From contig JARVGK010000032.1 in the NCBI GenBank assembly GCA_029762535.1, positions 1 through 36,143 on the forward strand: a DNA stretch of 36,143 bases, given 5' to 3'. Of the stretch, positions 22,414-31,429 are shown piece by piece. Each line of letters starts with the position of its first letter. Within the stretch, counting starts at the first letter, position 1. A program made the translations under genes and the position numbers. This DNA comes from Thermoplasmatota archaeon (lineage in GTDB: Archaea > Thermoplasmatota > Penumbrarchaeia > Penumbrarchaeales > Penumbrarchaeaceae). Below the pieces are notes generated by a model that saw only the letters and a list, made by a program, of their open reading frames with translations, was not told the DNA's origin and made no database searches.

Positions 22414-23331
22414 TCATTCGGTCAGTATGATGCAGCCGCTCTCATCGACCAGCAGCGTGTTCTCGGACTGGGCGACCATGCCCCCGGAGCTCTCTTTGAG
22501 GATAGGATACGAATATACCGATCCGGAGCGTACAAGGCCTTTCAGGACACTGTCGCCCTTCTCGACCCTCTTACACATCCACCTCTCGGAGAACGGGAGC
22601 TGGTTGGGGCCCGAGGCGATCTCCTCGATCGCCGTCCGCTGCTCGGGCGTTAAGCTGCCCCGACTTCGAACGAATCTGTATATATTGCTCTTTTTGTAAG
22701 AGCTCACCTCGCCCAGGCCGGTCGTGGAGAAGGGCTCCACGGCCACCACTCCCTCGTTTGGAAGCCGCAGGTCAGAATGGTCATCATAGCTGGGGACCGA
22801 AACGCCCGCGTGCAGCCTGTAGCGCTCTATCGAATGTCCCGTTAGGTTGACTATCGGTCTGAAGCCCATGGAGTTCATCGTCCTCTCGACGATCCCGCCT
22901 ATGGTGGATAGGGGCATGCCCCCCTTTATGACCTCGGTGACCGAATCAAGCGCTCTTCTCGAGGCCTCTATCAGCGTCGTGTAGGTGGCCGAACCCACCT
23001 CGATGGTGACGGCGGTATCGCCGATATAGCCGTCGATGTGGGCGCCCACATCGAGCTTCACCAGGTCCCCGTATCTGAAGCGCAGTTTGTCATCATGAGT
23101 GGGGGTATAGTGGGCAGCGAACTCGTTGATGGCCAGATTAACGGGGAACGCCACATTGGCGCCTCGATCGAGTATGTACCCCTCAACCGCCTCCGCGACC
23201 TCGAGAAGGGAGACACCCTCGGCTATGGCCTTCGCCCCTATGTCCCTGGCCCTTCCGGCGATACTGCCGGCGGCCTTCCATTTCCTGATCTCATCATTCT
23301 CCATTCCGCTAACCATTCTCCACCCCCTCAT
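22414..23331 (-). CDS. map: Type II methionine aminopeptidase
   Basis: AFPVN, AAHYTP, KLDVGAHIDGYIGDTA, NLTGH and AVEPF, plus the type II helical insert (LPFSERW) and VAQSENT. The start may be at 23316. Confidence 0.95.
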   Translation of the reverse strand: MRGWRMVSGMENDEIRKWKAAGSIAGRARDIGAKAIAEGVSLLEVAEAVEGYILDRGANVAFPVNLAINEFAAHYTPTHDDKLRFRYGDLVKLDVGAHIDGYIGDTAVTIEVGSATYTTLIEASRRALDSVTEVIKGGMPLSTIGGIVERTMNSMGFRPIVNLTGHSIERYRLHAGVSVPSYDDHSDLRLPNEGVVAVEPFSTTGLGEVSSYKKSNIYRFVRSRGSLTPEQRTAIEEIASGPNQLPFSERWMCKRVEKGDSVLKGLVRSGSVYSYPILKESSGGMVAQSENTLLVDESGCIILTE

Positions 23332-23914
23332 CGGTCTTTCCGGGCCTCAACAGGAGCGGCCTGTCCCCTGTCAGGTCCAACATGGCCGACGCGGCCCCGG
23401 ACAGGGACCGATCGTCCTCGATCACGAGGAGATCCCCACCGAACATACTGTCAATATCATCTGCGCGGGTTAGGTCGCACTCCCCATGAGGGTTCGCGCT
23501 AGTCAGGGCAAGCGGCCCCACCTTCGAGCACAACACTCTGAACAGCGGGTGTGCGGGGATCCTCACTGCCACTGTGTTGTTCCTCGACACCAGCCTGTCC
23601 AAGGGTGATCTCGACCGCAGTATGAACGTGTAAGGGCCAGGGAGCCTGGAATGCACGTGGTCCCTCTTCCAGAGTTCAAGATGAGCGAGCTCCTCCAACG
23701 CCGAGAGGTCCCCGACCGCAACGGGCAGGGTCATGTCCAGCGGTCTCCCTTTGACCTGGAATATGTACATCAGGGCATCGGGGTTGGATATCGGAGCGCT
23801 GAGGCCGTACAGCGTATCCGTGGGCACCACCACCGGGCGGCCCGCCGAATACTCCTTGAGGACCGCGTCAAGGACGCGGTCGGGATCGGTTGCGTCCCAT
23901 CGAATTACAGTCAC
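23309..23914 (-). CDS. tsaC: Threonylcarbamoyl-AMP synthase (YrdC/TsaC single-domain form)
   Basis: PTDTLYGL, KGRP, PGPYTFIL, AVRIP and TSAN. About 200 aa with no Sua5 C-terminal domain. Confidence 0.88.
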   Translation of the reverse strand: MTVIRWDATDPDRVLDAVLKEYSAGRPVVVPTDTLYGLSAPISNPDALMYIFQVKGRPLDMTLPVAVGDLSALEELAHLELWKRDHVHSRLPGPYTFILRSRSPLDRLVSRNNTVAVRIPAHPLFRVLCSKVGPLALTSANPHGECDLTRADDIDSMFGGDLLVIEDDRSLSGAASAMLDLTGDRPLLLRPGKTDEGVENG

Positions 23915-23951
23915 GAGACCACGTTCCGTATCGGTCGGACCATACCGACCT

Positions 23952-24851
23952 TCATTTCAGCTCTCCAGCCTCAAGAAGGAGGCCCATCTCATCAAGGGAG
24001 AGACTTTCCCCCCGCTTGTACTTCACCAACGCGTCCTTAAGCTTCCTGTTCCTGTCGAGCTCGTTGCGCTCCTGCGGGGACTTCTTGAGCTCGGACCTCC
24101 ATGAGTCCATCTCCTTGTAGAGCTGATGCTTCTCCACCTTCTTCATGTCGATGGATCGCTTGATGTCCTTGATCAGCCTGTTCTTTTCCAGATATTCCTT
24201 GTGATGGGTCTGCGCCTGGGCCCTGAGAGCGTCCCTTTCGGACCACAGGTTCTTGGCCGTCTCGAGCTCTGTATGGGACCTCTCCTTCATCACATCTATC
24301 TTTATGTCGAGCTCCTCCATGGACTTGTTGTATATGGACAGGTCCTCCTCCTTTATGCGAACGATCTCCTGATGCAGCCTGTCGGCCTTCCGCTTCATCA
24401 CGATCCGATCCCTCAGGCCGAAGAGGCCCTCGTACAGGTAGAGCTCGCTCTTCAAATTGACATCGGCGTTGAAAAGTCGATCGGCGGTCTCGGCGTAGAT
24501 CTGAACGAGGCGTTCCATGCTGCCTCTCGAGGCCGAATTGTAAGAGTCGCGGACCTTCCTCAGCTCGCCGATCCTCTGAAGATAGGGTTGGATCTGCCTT
24601 ATGAGGTTGCGTTTTTCCACGCTCGTCTCCTTGATGTCCTCCCAGATCTCCTTCCTCTCGCTGAGTATCTCCTTCGGTTTCGAGGATATCTCCTTGACCT
24701 TGTCGTTTAGCTCGTCCCTCTTTGCCCTTAGCTCCTTGGCCTCGTTTATCCTGTTCCTCAGCTGAACGTGCAGGAGGTCCTCCTCCTCCTTCAGCTCGGC
24801 CATCCTGGCCTGGAGCTCCTTGAGCTTGTTGATGATCTCGAAGTTCTTCAT
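23952..24851 (-). CDS. Archaeal coiled-coil protein (COG1340-like)
   Basis: All-helical and E/K/R-rich, with KRDELNDKVKE, ADRLHQEI, AQTHHKEY and the C-terminal KYKRGESLSLDEM typical of COG1340. ATGA overlap with the upstream gene. Confidence 0.72.
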   Translation of the reverse strand: MKNFEIINKLKELQARMAELKEEEDLLHVQLRNRINEAKELRAKRDELNDKVKEISSKPKEILSERKEIWEDIKETSVEKRNLIRQIQPYLQRIGELRKVRDSYNSASRGSMERLVQIYAETADRLFNADVNLKSELYLYEGLFGLRDRIVMKRKADRLHQEIVRIKEEDLSIYNKSMEELDIKIDVMKERSHTELETAKNLWSERDALRAQAQTHHKEYLEKNRLIKDIKRSIDMKKVEKHQLYKEMDSWRSELKKSPQERNELDRNRKLKDALVKYKRGESLSLDEMGLLLEAGELK

Positions 24852-26437
24852 GAGGACACCTCCGGTCCGTCACCCTCCGGTCCGCCATCCTTTACGGGCT
24901 CGGGATCGCCCCCGGCCGGAGGCTCGGGTGAAGATTGACCCTCTCCGGCGGCGTCCCCGGAACCGTCCTCAGAGGTTGTGGCGTGGCCCTTCTCACCGGG
25001 CCCCCTGGGGGCCTGCTTATCGGCCTCCTCGATGGCCTTCAGGATGGAGTCCCTGATATCCTCCACGTTCCTCTCCTTGTCGGACGCTTCCATGGCCGCG
25101 GCGTTGCCCGTCTGGTTCTCCCAGAACTTGGCCATCTCCTCGTGCAGCTTTATCCTGAGGCCGAGGAATCTCTTCCTGGACTCCGCCTCCTTGACCTTCT
25201 TGTTCTCCTCCACGAAGCTGTTGTGATGCACCTGCGATTCCTCGGCCAGCCCTACAAGCTCCTGATGGGCGTTCTCTATCTTCTCGAAGTTCTCTCGCAT
25301 CTCGTCGCTGATCCTTACCAGCTTCTCGTCCATCTCGCCGGGGAGCGATCCGCCCGTGACCTCCCTGACCTTGTCCATGGCCTCTTTGATAGAGCGCATC
25401 AATCTGCGCTCGTTCTCCAGGTCGACGCCCTCCGTCTCGAGCTTGTATTCCTCCCTGTCTATGAAATCGTTGAGGGAGTTGATCTCGGGGAGCCTGTCCT
25501 TTATGCTCTCCTGGATCCTGACCAGATCGAGGAACTCCATCCTCAGCTGCTTGTTCTTCGACTTGAGCGAAGTACGCCTCTCCTTGAGCTCCCTGACCTT
25601 GACGTTGAGCTCGTCCCTCTTCATCCGGGCAGTCTCGAGGGCCTCGATCACCGAGGGATCGACGCTCACTCCGCGCTCGAGCTCCTCCGAATAGACTTTA
25701 ATGAAGCGTTCGTGCTTCTCCACAAGTAGGCCCACTGCCTCCTCCCTGGTGTGGACGCGTGTTTCGACTATGTCGAACACGCCCTCGTTGTCGGATAGTA
25801 TCTCGGAGATCGGCCTCAGCACCGGAGCCGGGACCTCCTCCTTCCGATCGTCGCCCTCTTCTCCCTCCACGGGAGGAGCGGGATCCTCAGGGGGCTTCTC
25901 CTCGGCTGCCGGGGAGGGTTCCGCCGAGACCTCAGCCTCCTTCTCGGAAGGGGAGGCGGGATCCTCCAGGGACTTCTCCTCGGCTGCCGGGGAGGGTTCC
26001 GCCGAGACCTCAGCCTCCTTCTCGGAAGGGGAGGCGGGATCCTCCAGGGACTTCTCCTCGGCTGCCGGGGAAGGTTCCGCCGAGACCTCAGGCGCCTTCT
26101 CGGAAGGGGAGGCGGGATCCTCCAGGGACTTCTCCTCGGCCGCCGGGGAAGGTTCCGCCGAGACCTCAGCCTCCTTCTCGGAAGGGGGGGCGGGATCCTC
26201 AGGCGCCTTCTCCTCGGCTGCCGGGGAAGGTTCCGCCGAGACCTCAGGCGCCTTCCCGGAAGGAGGGGCGGGTTCCTCAGGCGCGGTGGCCTCCGTTCCA
26301 GGTTTCGATGTCGCCCGGTCATCGACCGCTTCGATGCCCGGAGATCCGTGGGGTGCATCTTTCACGTCCTCGTTCTCGGGCGCTTTCTCCTTGCCCTCAT
26401 CGAGGGCGGTCTTGGTCTCCTCTTCCGGGCCGCTCAT
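24848..26437 (-). CDS. Archaeal coiled-coil protein (COG1340-like) with an acidic Pro/Ala-rich N-terminal repeat region
   Basis: KRDELNVKVRELKERR, EYKLETEGVDLENERRL and AHQELVGLAEESQVHHNSF. The N-terminus carries about five 26-aa repeats. Confidence 0.72.
   Translation of the reverse strand: MSGPEEETKTALDEGKEKAPENEDVKDAPHGSPGIEAVDDRATSKPGTEATAPEEPAPPSGKAPEVSAEPSPAAEEKAPEDPAPPSEKEAEVSAEPSPAAEEKSLEDPASPSEKAPEVSAEPSPAAEEKSLEDPASPSEKEAEVSAEPSPAAEEKSLEDPASPSEKEAEVSAEPSPAAEEKPPEDPAPPVEGEEGDDRKEEVPAPVLRPISEILSDNEGVFDIVETRVHTREEAVGLLVEKHERFIKVYSEELERGVSVDPSVIEALETARMKRDELNVKVRELKERRTSLKSKNKQLRMEFLDLVRIQESIKDRLPEINSLNDFIDREEYKLETEGVDLENERRLMRSIKEAMDKVREVTGGSLPGEMDEKLVRISDEMRENFEKIENAHQELVGLAEESQVHHNSFVEENKKVKEAESRKRFLGLRIKLHEEMAKFWENQTGNAAAMEASDKERNVEDIRDSILKAIEEADKQAPRGPGEKGHATTSEDGSGDAAGEGQSSPEPPAGGDPEPVKDGGPEGDGPEVSS
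25872..26283. repeat. 78-bp tandem repeat, about 5.3 copies, coding (PSEKEAEVSAEPSPAAEEKSLEDPAS)
   Basis: The gg(a/t)tcctc anchor recurs at 25881, 25959, 26037, 26115, 26193 and 26271 (period 78). Units are near-identical. Confidence 0.95.
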
Positions 26438-28035
26438 CTGTATCCCTCCAGGTCCTCCTTGTTCTCGTTCCAGTAATTGTATGGCGAATACTGGGCCTCC
26501 TGGGCCTTCGACATCTCCTTCATCAGCCCTCCCTGGTAGGCCCCGTACCTTTCCTTGATCTGTTCTTCCACGGGGCGGCTGATCCTTATGGCCTTCTTGA
26601 CATGGGACGCCTTGATGAGTCCGGAACCGTCCATCAATGCCACGTCACCGGCGCACCTTATCAGTCCGCCCATGTCCCTCAGGCGCAGCGTAAGATGGTT
26701 CTTCTTGCCATCGGAGGCCTCGGCCCTTCTCATGGACTCGACGAGGACCGACTCGACACCTGATGGGTCCATGTGCGGTATCCTGCCGTCCATGGCGATC
26801 TCCTGGGCGATGAACTGCAGATAGCCATCAAGCGACCTATCGTCAACAGGTATGGTGGTGGCGACGAGTATCTCGTAGCCGGAACCCGTTATCCTGGACC
26901 TGAGAGGGGACATTATGTGCGACAGGTCGGATATGTTGCACGCCCCGACGAACACGAAATCGCAGGGTACGTTCTCCACCCTGACGCTCGCCCCTGCGCT
27001 CTGGGGGTTCCTGCCCGAGATGGGGAACCTCTTCTCCTGCATCGCCGTGAGAATGAAGCGCTGTATGTGCCCGAGATGGGGAAGCTCGTCTATGAAGAGC
27101 ACCCCCTCGTGCGCCTCGTGTATGGCGCCAGCGATCACCCTCTCGTAAGGTGGTGTGCCCAATCCGTGATGGCCCCCGTAGGGATCGTGCCTTACGTCGC
27201 CCAGAAGCTCGGTCTCGGAGGCCCCTGTCGCCATGACGAAGTTCGTCCTCTTGAGTGGGACCAGGACCTTCTTGGGGGAGGCCTTCTCCAGCTCCCTGGC
27301 GGCCTCCAAGGCCTTCTGGTCCAGCATCCGTATCCTGTTTCCGGCCGCCTCGTAGACGACGACCTCCTCTTTGCCGTTGACCACCCTTGTGGTCTGCACC
27401 CTCGAGGCCTCGGACCCGAACTGGTTCAGGGTCGCTTTCAGTATGTCCTCCAAACCCTTGAACATGCCCTGCATGCCCTGCATCTCCACCCTGGCCACCC
27501 TCTGTCCGCCCTCCCTCTGCTTCACGTCGTTGCAGTTGGGGCAGAACGACTCCTTGGGAGGGGAATACGTCCCGCATCTCTTGCATCTGTAGCCAAGCCT
27601 CTCCGCCACGTCCACTGGCGCATCGACGGGGGATATCAGCTTCTCCTGCATCAGCTTCCTCTTGGCCTCCTCGCTCTCGACCTCCTCCCGGCTCTTGACC
27701 TGTATGAAGGGCCTTTCTGGATATTCGGGGTTGGAAACGACGTAGATCTGGCTCTGTACAGGAGGGAGATGTATGGCCAGCGCCTGGGCGATCATGGACT
27801 TTCCAGTCCCTGGAGGACCGACCAGCAGCAAGTGCCTTCTCTGGGCGGCTGCGTTCTTGGCCAGCATAACCGCTTCGTTCTGGCCTATGACCCTATCGAG
27901 GGGATCGGCCGGGATCCTCACTTCCGCAGTGGACCCCATGTCCATTGACCTCAGATGCTTCAGGGCGGACTTTCGATCGACCCCTTTTCTTCCGGGAGCG
28001 GGCATTGGATCAGGTCTCCGTGGGAGGTATGTCAT
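26434..28035 (-). CDS. Lon-like (LonB-type) AAA+ ATPase lacking the protease domain and TM segments, with a Zn-ribbon insert
   Basis: DPLDRVIGQ, Walker A GPPGTGKS, LLGDVRHDP, GAIHEAHEGVLFIDE (Walker B), PLRSRI and LRLRDMGGLIR. CKRC-x10-CPNC occupies the usual TM position. The protein ends about 50 aa after the AAA lid. Confidence 0.88.
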   Translation of the reverse strand: MTYLPRRPDPMPAPGRKGVDRKSALKHLRSMDMGSTAEVRIPADPLDRVIGQNEAVMLAKNAAAQRRHLLLVGPPGTGKSMIAQALAIHLPPVQSQIYVVSNPEYPERPFIQVKSREEVESEEAKRKLMQEKLISPVDAPVDVAERLGYRCKRCGTYSPPKESFCPNCNDVKQREGGQRVARVEMQGMQGMFKGLEDILKATLNQFGSEASRVQTTRVVNGKEEVVVYEAAGNRIRMLDQKALEAARELEKASPKKVLVPLKRTNFVMATGASETELLGDVRHDPYGGHHGLGTPPYERVIAGAIHEAHEGVLFIDELPHLGHIQRFILTAMQEKRFPISGRNPQSAGASVRVENVPCDFVFVGACNISDLSHIMSPLRSRITGSGYEILVATTIPVDDRSLDGYLQFIAQEIAMDGRIPHMDPSGVESVLVESMRRAEASDGKKNHLTLRLRDMGGLIRCAGDVALMDGSGLIKASHVKKAIRISRPVEEQIKERYGAYQGGLMKEMSKAQEAQYSPYNYWNENKEDLEGYR

Positions 28036-28045
28036 GAACGTGTCT

Positions 28046-29461
28046 TCAGGAGGTCAACTCTTCCCTGGAAAGCACCAGAACGTTGTCCGGTTCCTTGGTG
28101 AGCTTCCCCTTCTTGGACCCTACGAGGTACTTGATCTTCTGCTCGGATGCGATGTCCAGAAGGCGCTGGGATATGATCCCGTCGAATATGACTGCGTGGA
28201 CCGGCTCCGGCGGGGATTTCAGGGTATCCGCGAGCTGTCTGACGGCCAGCTCCATGACGACGTCTCCCTTGCCGTTTATGAGCATGGCCTTGAGCGTTCC
28301 GGAAAGGTTCTTCAAGATGTCCCTGTAGCGTGGGATCTCCGGGTTGGGAGCGGCCTTCTCCTGAGGCTTCTCGACCTTCTCCTCGGGCCTTTCCGGGACC
28401 TCCTCGGAGGGGGACGGCCTGACTTCTTCCGGCTTCTCCTCCCTCCTCGGTATCTTGATCACCTTCCTGTCATCGCCGTTGCGGTCCCTGGGATCCCTTC
28501 GAGGGTCCCTGTCCCTGCTGTCCTTCGGGTGATGGTCCCTCGGTTCCTTTCGGTCCCTCTCGGCGTTCTTCTCTATCTGGCCGTTGAGCCTGTCCTTGAC
28601 CTCCTGGGGCAGTTCGAACATCTCCAGGAACTGCTCCAGAGGGATCTTGTTCCTCAGCGATTTTATGATCTGTTTCTGGGTCAGCTCCTCGACCTCGAAG
28701 CCTTTCTGGGCCCGGGCGACGAAGTCGATCTCAGCCACCTGGAAGAGCTCCTTGAGGATCAGTTCCCCGCCCCTGTCCCCGTCAACGAATGCGGTAACGA
28801 CCTTCTCGCTCGTGAGCTTCTTGATGGTCTCCGGGACGCTGGTCCCTCCGATGGCCACGCAGTTCTTTATTCCGTACTTGAGCAGGTTTATGACGTCGGA
28901 CCTGCCCTCCACCAGTATGATCGCGTCCGAGGATTCGATGTTCGGTCCTGCGGGGCACTTGTCCTCGCCGTAGAGTATGACCTCGTCTATCTGGACCGCC
29001 TGCCTGACGGATTCCGCGAGGTCCAGTCCGCCCTCCTTCCCATCGGCTATCAGGCCGCTGAGGAGCTCCTTTGCCCTCTCGACTATCTTGTGCTTCTTCG
29101 AGATCCTCACGTCCTCTATCTTGTCGACGCTTATCTTGGCCCTGCAGGGGCCGACCCTGTCTATGGTCTCAAGGGCCGATGCGAGTATCGCGGTCTCGAC
29201 CTGGTCAAGGCTGGACGGGATCGTCACGGTCCCCTCGGACCTTCCCTTCTTCGAAAGGATATCGACCTCTATCCTTCCCATCCTGCCGGTCTTCTGTAGG
29301 TCCCTGAGGTCCAATTCGTCCCCCAAAAGGCCCTCGGTCTGACCGAAGATCGCGCCCACAACATCTGCCTTCTCGACGATCCCTTCGGCCGTCAGCTTTG
29401 CCTGGATCTGATATTTCGTAGTTGCCGGATCAAGTGACATTTTCATATCTCCTTCATTCAT
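28046..29461 (-). CDS. dnaG: Archaeal DnaG-type primase / exosome-associated protein
   Basis: GIVEKADVVGAIFGQTEGLLG and TOPRIM motifs ILVEGRSDV and FVDGDRGG. The likely start is 29440 or 29446, after RBS AAGGAG. Confidence 0.95.
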   Translation of the reverse strand: MNEGDMKMSLDPATTKYQIQAKLTAEGIVEKADVVGAIFGQTEGLLGDELDLRDLQKTGRMGRIEVDILSKKGRSEGTVTIPSSLDQVETAILASALETIDRVGPCRAKISVDKIEDVRISKKHKIVERAKELLSGLIADGKEGGLDLAESVRQAVQIDEVILYGEDKCPAGPNIESSDAIILVEGRSDVINLLKYGIKNCVAIGGTSVPETIKKLTSEKVVTAFVDGDRGGELILKELFQVAEIDFVARAQKGFEVEELTQKQIIKSLRNKIPLEQFLEMFELPQEVKDRLNGQIEKNAERDRKEPRDHHPKDSRDRDPRRDPRDRNGDDRKVIKIPRREEKPEEVRPSPSEEVPERPEEKVEKPQEKAAPNPEIPRYRDILKNLSGTLKAMLINGKGDVVMELAVRQLADTLKSPPEPVHAVIFDGIISQRLLDIASEQKIKYLVGSKKGKLTKEPDNVLVLSREELTS

Positions 29462-29799
29462 ATTCCCATGTGTCGTTCAGAGTCTAATGCGGAAAAGCAC
29501 CCACAGGCCCCAAGCCCCATTTCCTTCTGGCTTCCAGCCGGACACTCATCTCTTCCAGATCGCTCCAATGGACCCTCATGGGTCTTTCGTGATCGTGAAA
29601 TTGATCCTGATGATCGCGGGTACCATTCGTTGGATGGCACTTTCCCGCGGGTTGCATCAGGAATGCATTATTTATATTTTTCCCACCATGCGCGTGTTGT
29701 CGGTCGTTATCCGGAATATGAAGTATCCGGTATTTGGGCCCTTTTCTCATAGCATATCGCATTCGGAATGTCCAAAGGTATTATTATGTCCCTCATCAT

Positions 29800-30315
29800 A
29801 TGGAACGCTCGTTGAAGCGAATAAAGGTCATCAACGAGTTGACGGATCTCGTCGCCCTGCTGCGTGCCATGGACACCCCTGTAAAGAAGAAGGTGTTCCA
29901 GGAGGCCATAGACGGATGGGTGACGCTGAAGGGCGTAGAGGAGCGCCACGGCACCGAAGGGGTGGAGGCCCTTACCTTCTTCGAGAAGATGCACCTGGTG
30001 GAGACCTCCTGGCAGATCGATTCGGAGTTCAACAAGGAGAAGATATACCATTCCTACTACTTCTCAGTGCATCTGAACGCCTCCGCCGCCATAACGGAGG
30101 TGTCCGACGTCCTTTTCATCGCATCCATGGACGAGGAGAGGTTCAAGGAGATGGAGCAGATGATATTCGACATGGCCGGCGAGGACGGCGTGTTCTCGGG
30201 GGAGCTCTCCAAAGAGCTCGACATCACATCGGTCATGCTCAAGAGCCTTGTCAAGCGTTCCGGAAGGGTAATGTACAAGGGCCACAGGATCGAGAGGGTG
30301 AGAACGGACGCCTGA
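29800..30315 (+). CDS. Archaeal ArsR-like winged-helix protein (COG4860-like)
   Basis: KRIKVINELTDLVALLRAMD, LVETSWQ and YHSYY recall the conserved euryarchaeal ArsR-like family. Start at ATG 29800 or TTG 29812, downstream of an AT-rich TATA-like element. Confidence 0.7.
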   Translation: MERSLKRIKVINELTDLVALLRAMDTPVKKKVFQEAIDGWVTLKGVEERHGTEGVEALTFFEKMHLVETSWQIDSEFNKEKIYHSYYFSVHLNASAAITEVSDVLFIASMDEERFKEMEQMIFDMAGEDGVFSGELSKELDITSVMLKSLVKRSGRVMYKGHRIERVRTDA

Positions 30316-30349
30316 CGCTGCCCCAAGAAGGAGGGTTTGGACGAGGAGC

Positions 30350-31429
30350 ATGGACGTTCTCAGGATGGGGCACCGCCCCGAACGCGACAAGAGGATCACC
30401 ACCCACGTCGCCCTGGCGGCCAGGGCCTTCGGCGCCGACTCGATACACATCGACACTCCCGATGCTAAGCTCGAGGAGACGGTTAAAAGGGTGGTCGAGC
30501 AGTTCGGGGGCGATTTCTCCGTCCGGACCGGGGTGTCCCCAAAGGGCATGATGAAGCATTTCAAGGGATGCATAGTCCACCTTACGATGTACGGTATGCC
30601 CTTGGAGAGCGTGATCGATGAGGTCCCGAACGACGATCTCCTGATCGTCGTGGGGTCCGAGAAGGTTCCCGGATACGTCTTCGATATGGCCAACTTCAAC
30701 ATCTCCGTGACCGATCAGCCACATTCCGAGGTGTCGGCGCTGGCGATTTTCCTCTACAGGCTCGCAGAAGAGAGCCCTCAGGACCGCTTCAAGGGCGCAA
30801 AGATGAGGATCCTCCCCTCGAGGAGGGATAAGAAGGTCGCCGCCGGCGAAGGGAACAAGGATAGGATACCGCCATACGACCCCATACCGGACCCGACGCA
30901 GTGCCTCGACATCCTCGAGCATATCGGCTGCTCGGAAGCGGTCGTAAGGCACGTGAAGGCGGTGCATTGCCTGGGTATGGAGGTCCTGAAGAAAGCAGTG
31001 GACAATGACCCGTCACTGAAGGAGAGGATGGACGTCCACCTTGCCGAAGCGGGCCTGCTCCTTCACGACATAGGCAGATCGAGGACTCATTCGATAAAGC
31101 ACGTGACCGAGGGCGTATCACTGGCCCGGGCGCTGGGCCTTGACCGCAGGATACTGTGCATCATACACAACCATGTCGGGGCCGGATTGACCGCGGAAGA
31201 GGCCGTCGCGCTGGGACTTCCGTTCGAGGAACACATACCCATAACGATCGAGGAGAAATTCGTCTGCCATGTGGACAGCCTGATAGGCAACAGGAAGAGG
31301 AGATCGCTATCGGACGCCGTGGAGGATCTCCGGTCCAAGGGGGCCTTCGAGGGCGCAAAGAGGATGGAGGCACTGCACGAGGAGCTGGAGCGCTTCCTGG
31401 GCTTGGACCTGGAAACTTTCATCCGGTGA
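30350..31429 (+). CDS. trm56: tRNA (cytidine56-2'-O)-methyltransferase fused to a C-terminal HD domain
   Basis: SPOUT Trm56 motifs LRMGHRPERDKRITTHVALAARAFGA, VHLTMYG, VGSEKVP and QPHSEVSALAIFL, followed by HD motifs RHV, LLHDIGR, HNH and HVD. Confidence 0.92.
   Translation: MDVLRMGHRPERDKRITTHVALAARAFGADSIHIDTPDAKLEETVKRVVEQFGGDFSVRTGVSPKGMMKHFKGCIVHLTMYGMPLESVIDEVPNDDLLIVVGSEKVPGYVFDMANFNISVTDQPHSEVSALAIFLYRLAEESPQDRFKGAKMRILPSRRDKKVAAGEGNKDRIPPYDPIPDPTQCLDILEHIGCSEAVVRHVKAVHCLGMEVLKKAVDNDPSLKERMDVHLAEAGLLLHDIGRSRTHSIKHVTEGVSLARALGLDRRILCIIHNHVGAGLTAEEAVALGLPFEEHIPITIEEKFVCHVDSLIGNRKRRSLSDAVEDLRSKGAFEGAKRMEALHEELERFLGLDLETFIR

Noticed and set aside
25701-26763. Long alternative-frame ORFs (285, 334 and 180 aa) and a CRISPR-like periodic look
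   Set aside because: By-products of the GC-rich 78-bp coding repeat. Units are contiguous with no unique spacers, so this is not a CRISPR array.
27773-29299. 508-aa plus-strand ORF and many other antisense or alternate-frame ORFs over core genes
   Set aside because: Shadow ORFs opposite well-supported genes (dnaG, lon-like, rpo, ftsZ), expected from high-GC codon bias. No recognisable motifs.
29630-29650. GGGAAAGTGCCA on the minus strand, reminiscent of an RNase P RNA conserved segment
   Set aside because: The other universal RNase P elements (GAGGAAAGUCC-type 5' region and 3' P4 partner) are not present.
29484-29762. 92-aa minus-strand ORF upstream of dnaG
   Set aside because: Spans promoter-like AT tracts and hairpins and has no protein-family features. 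More likely non-coding.
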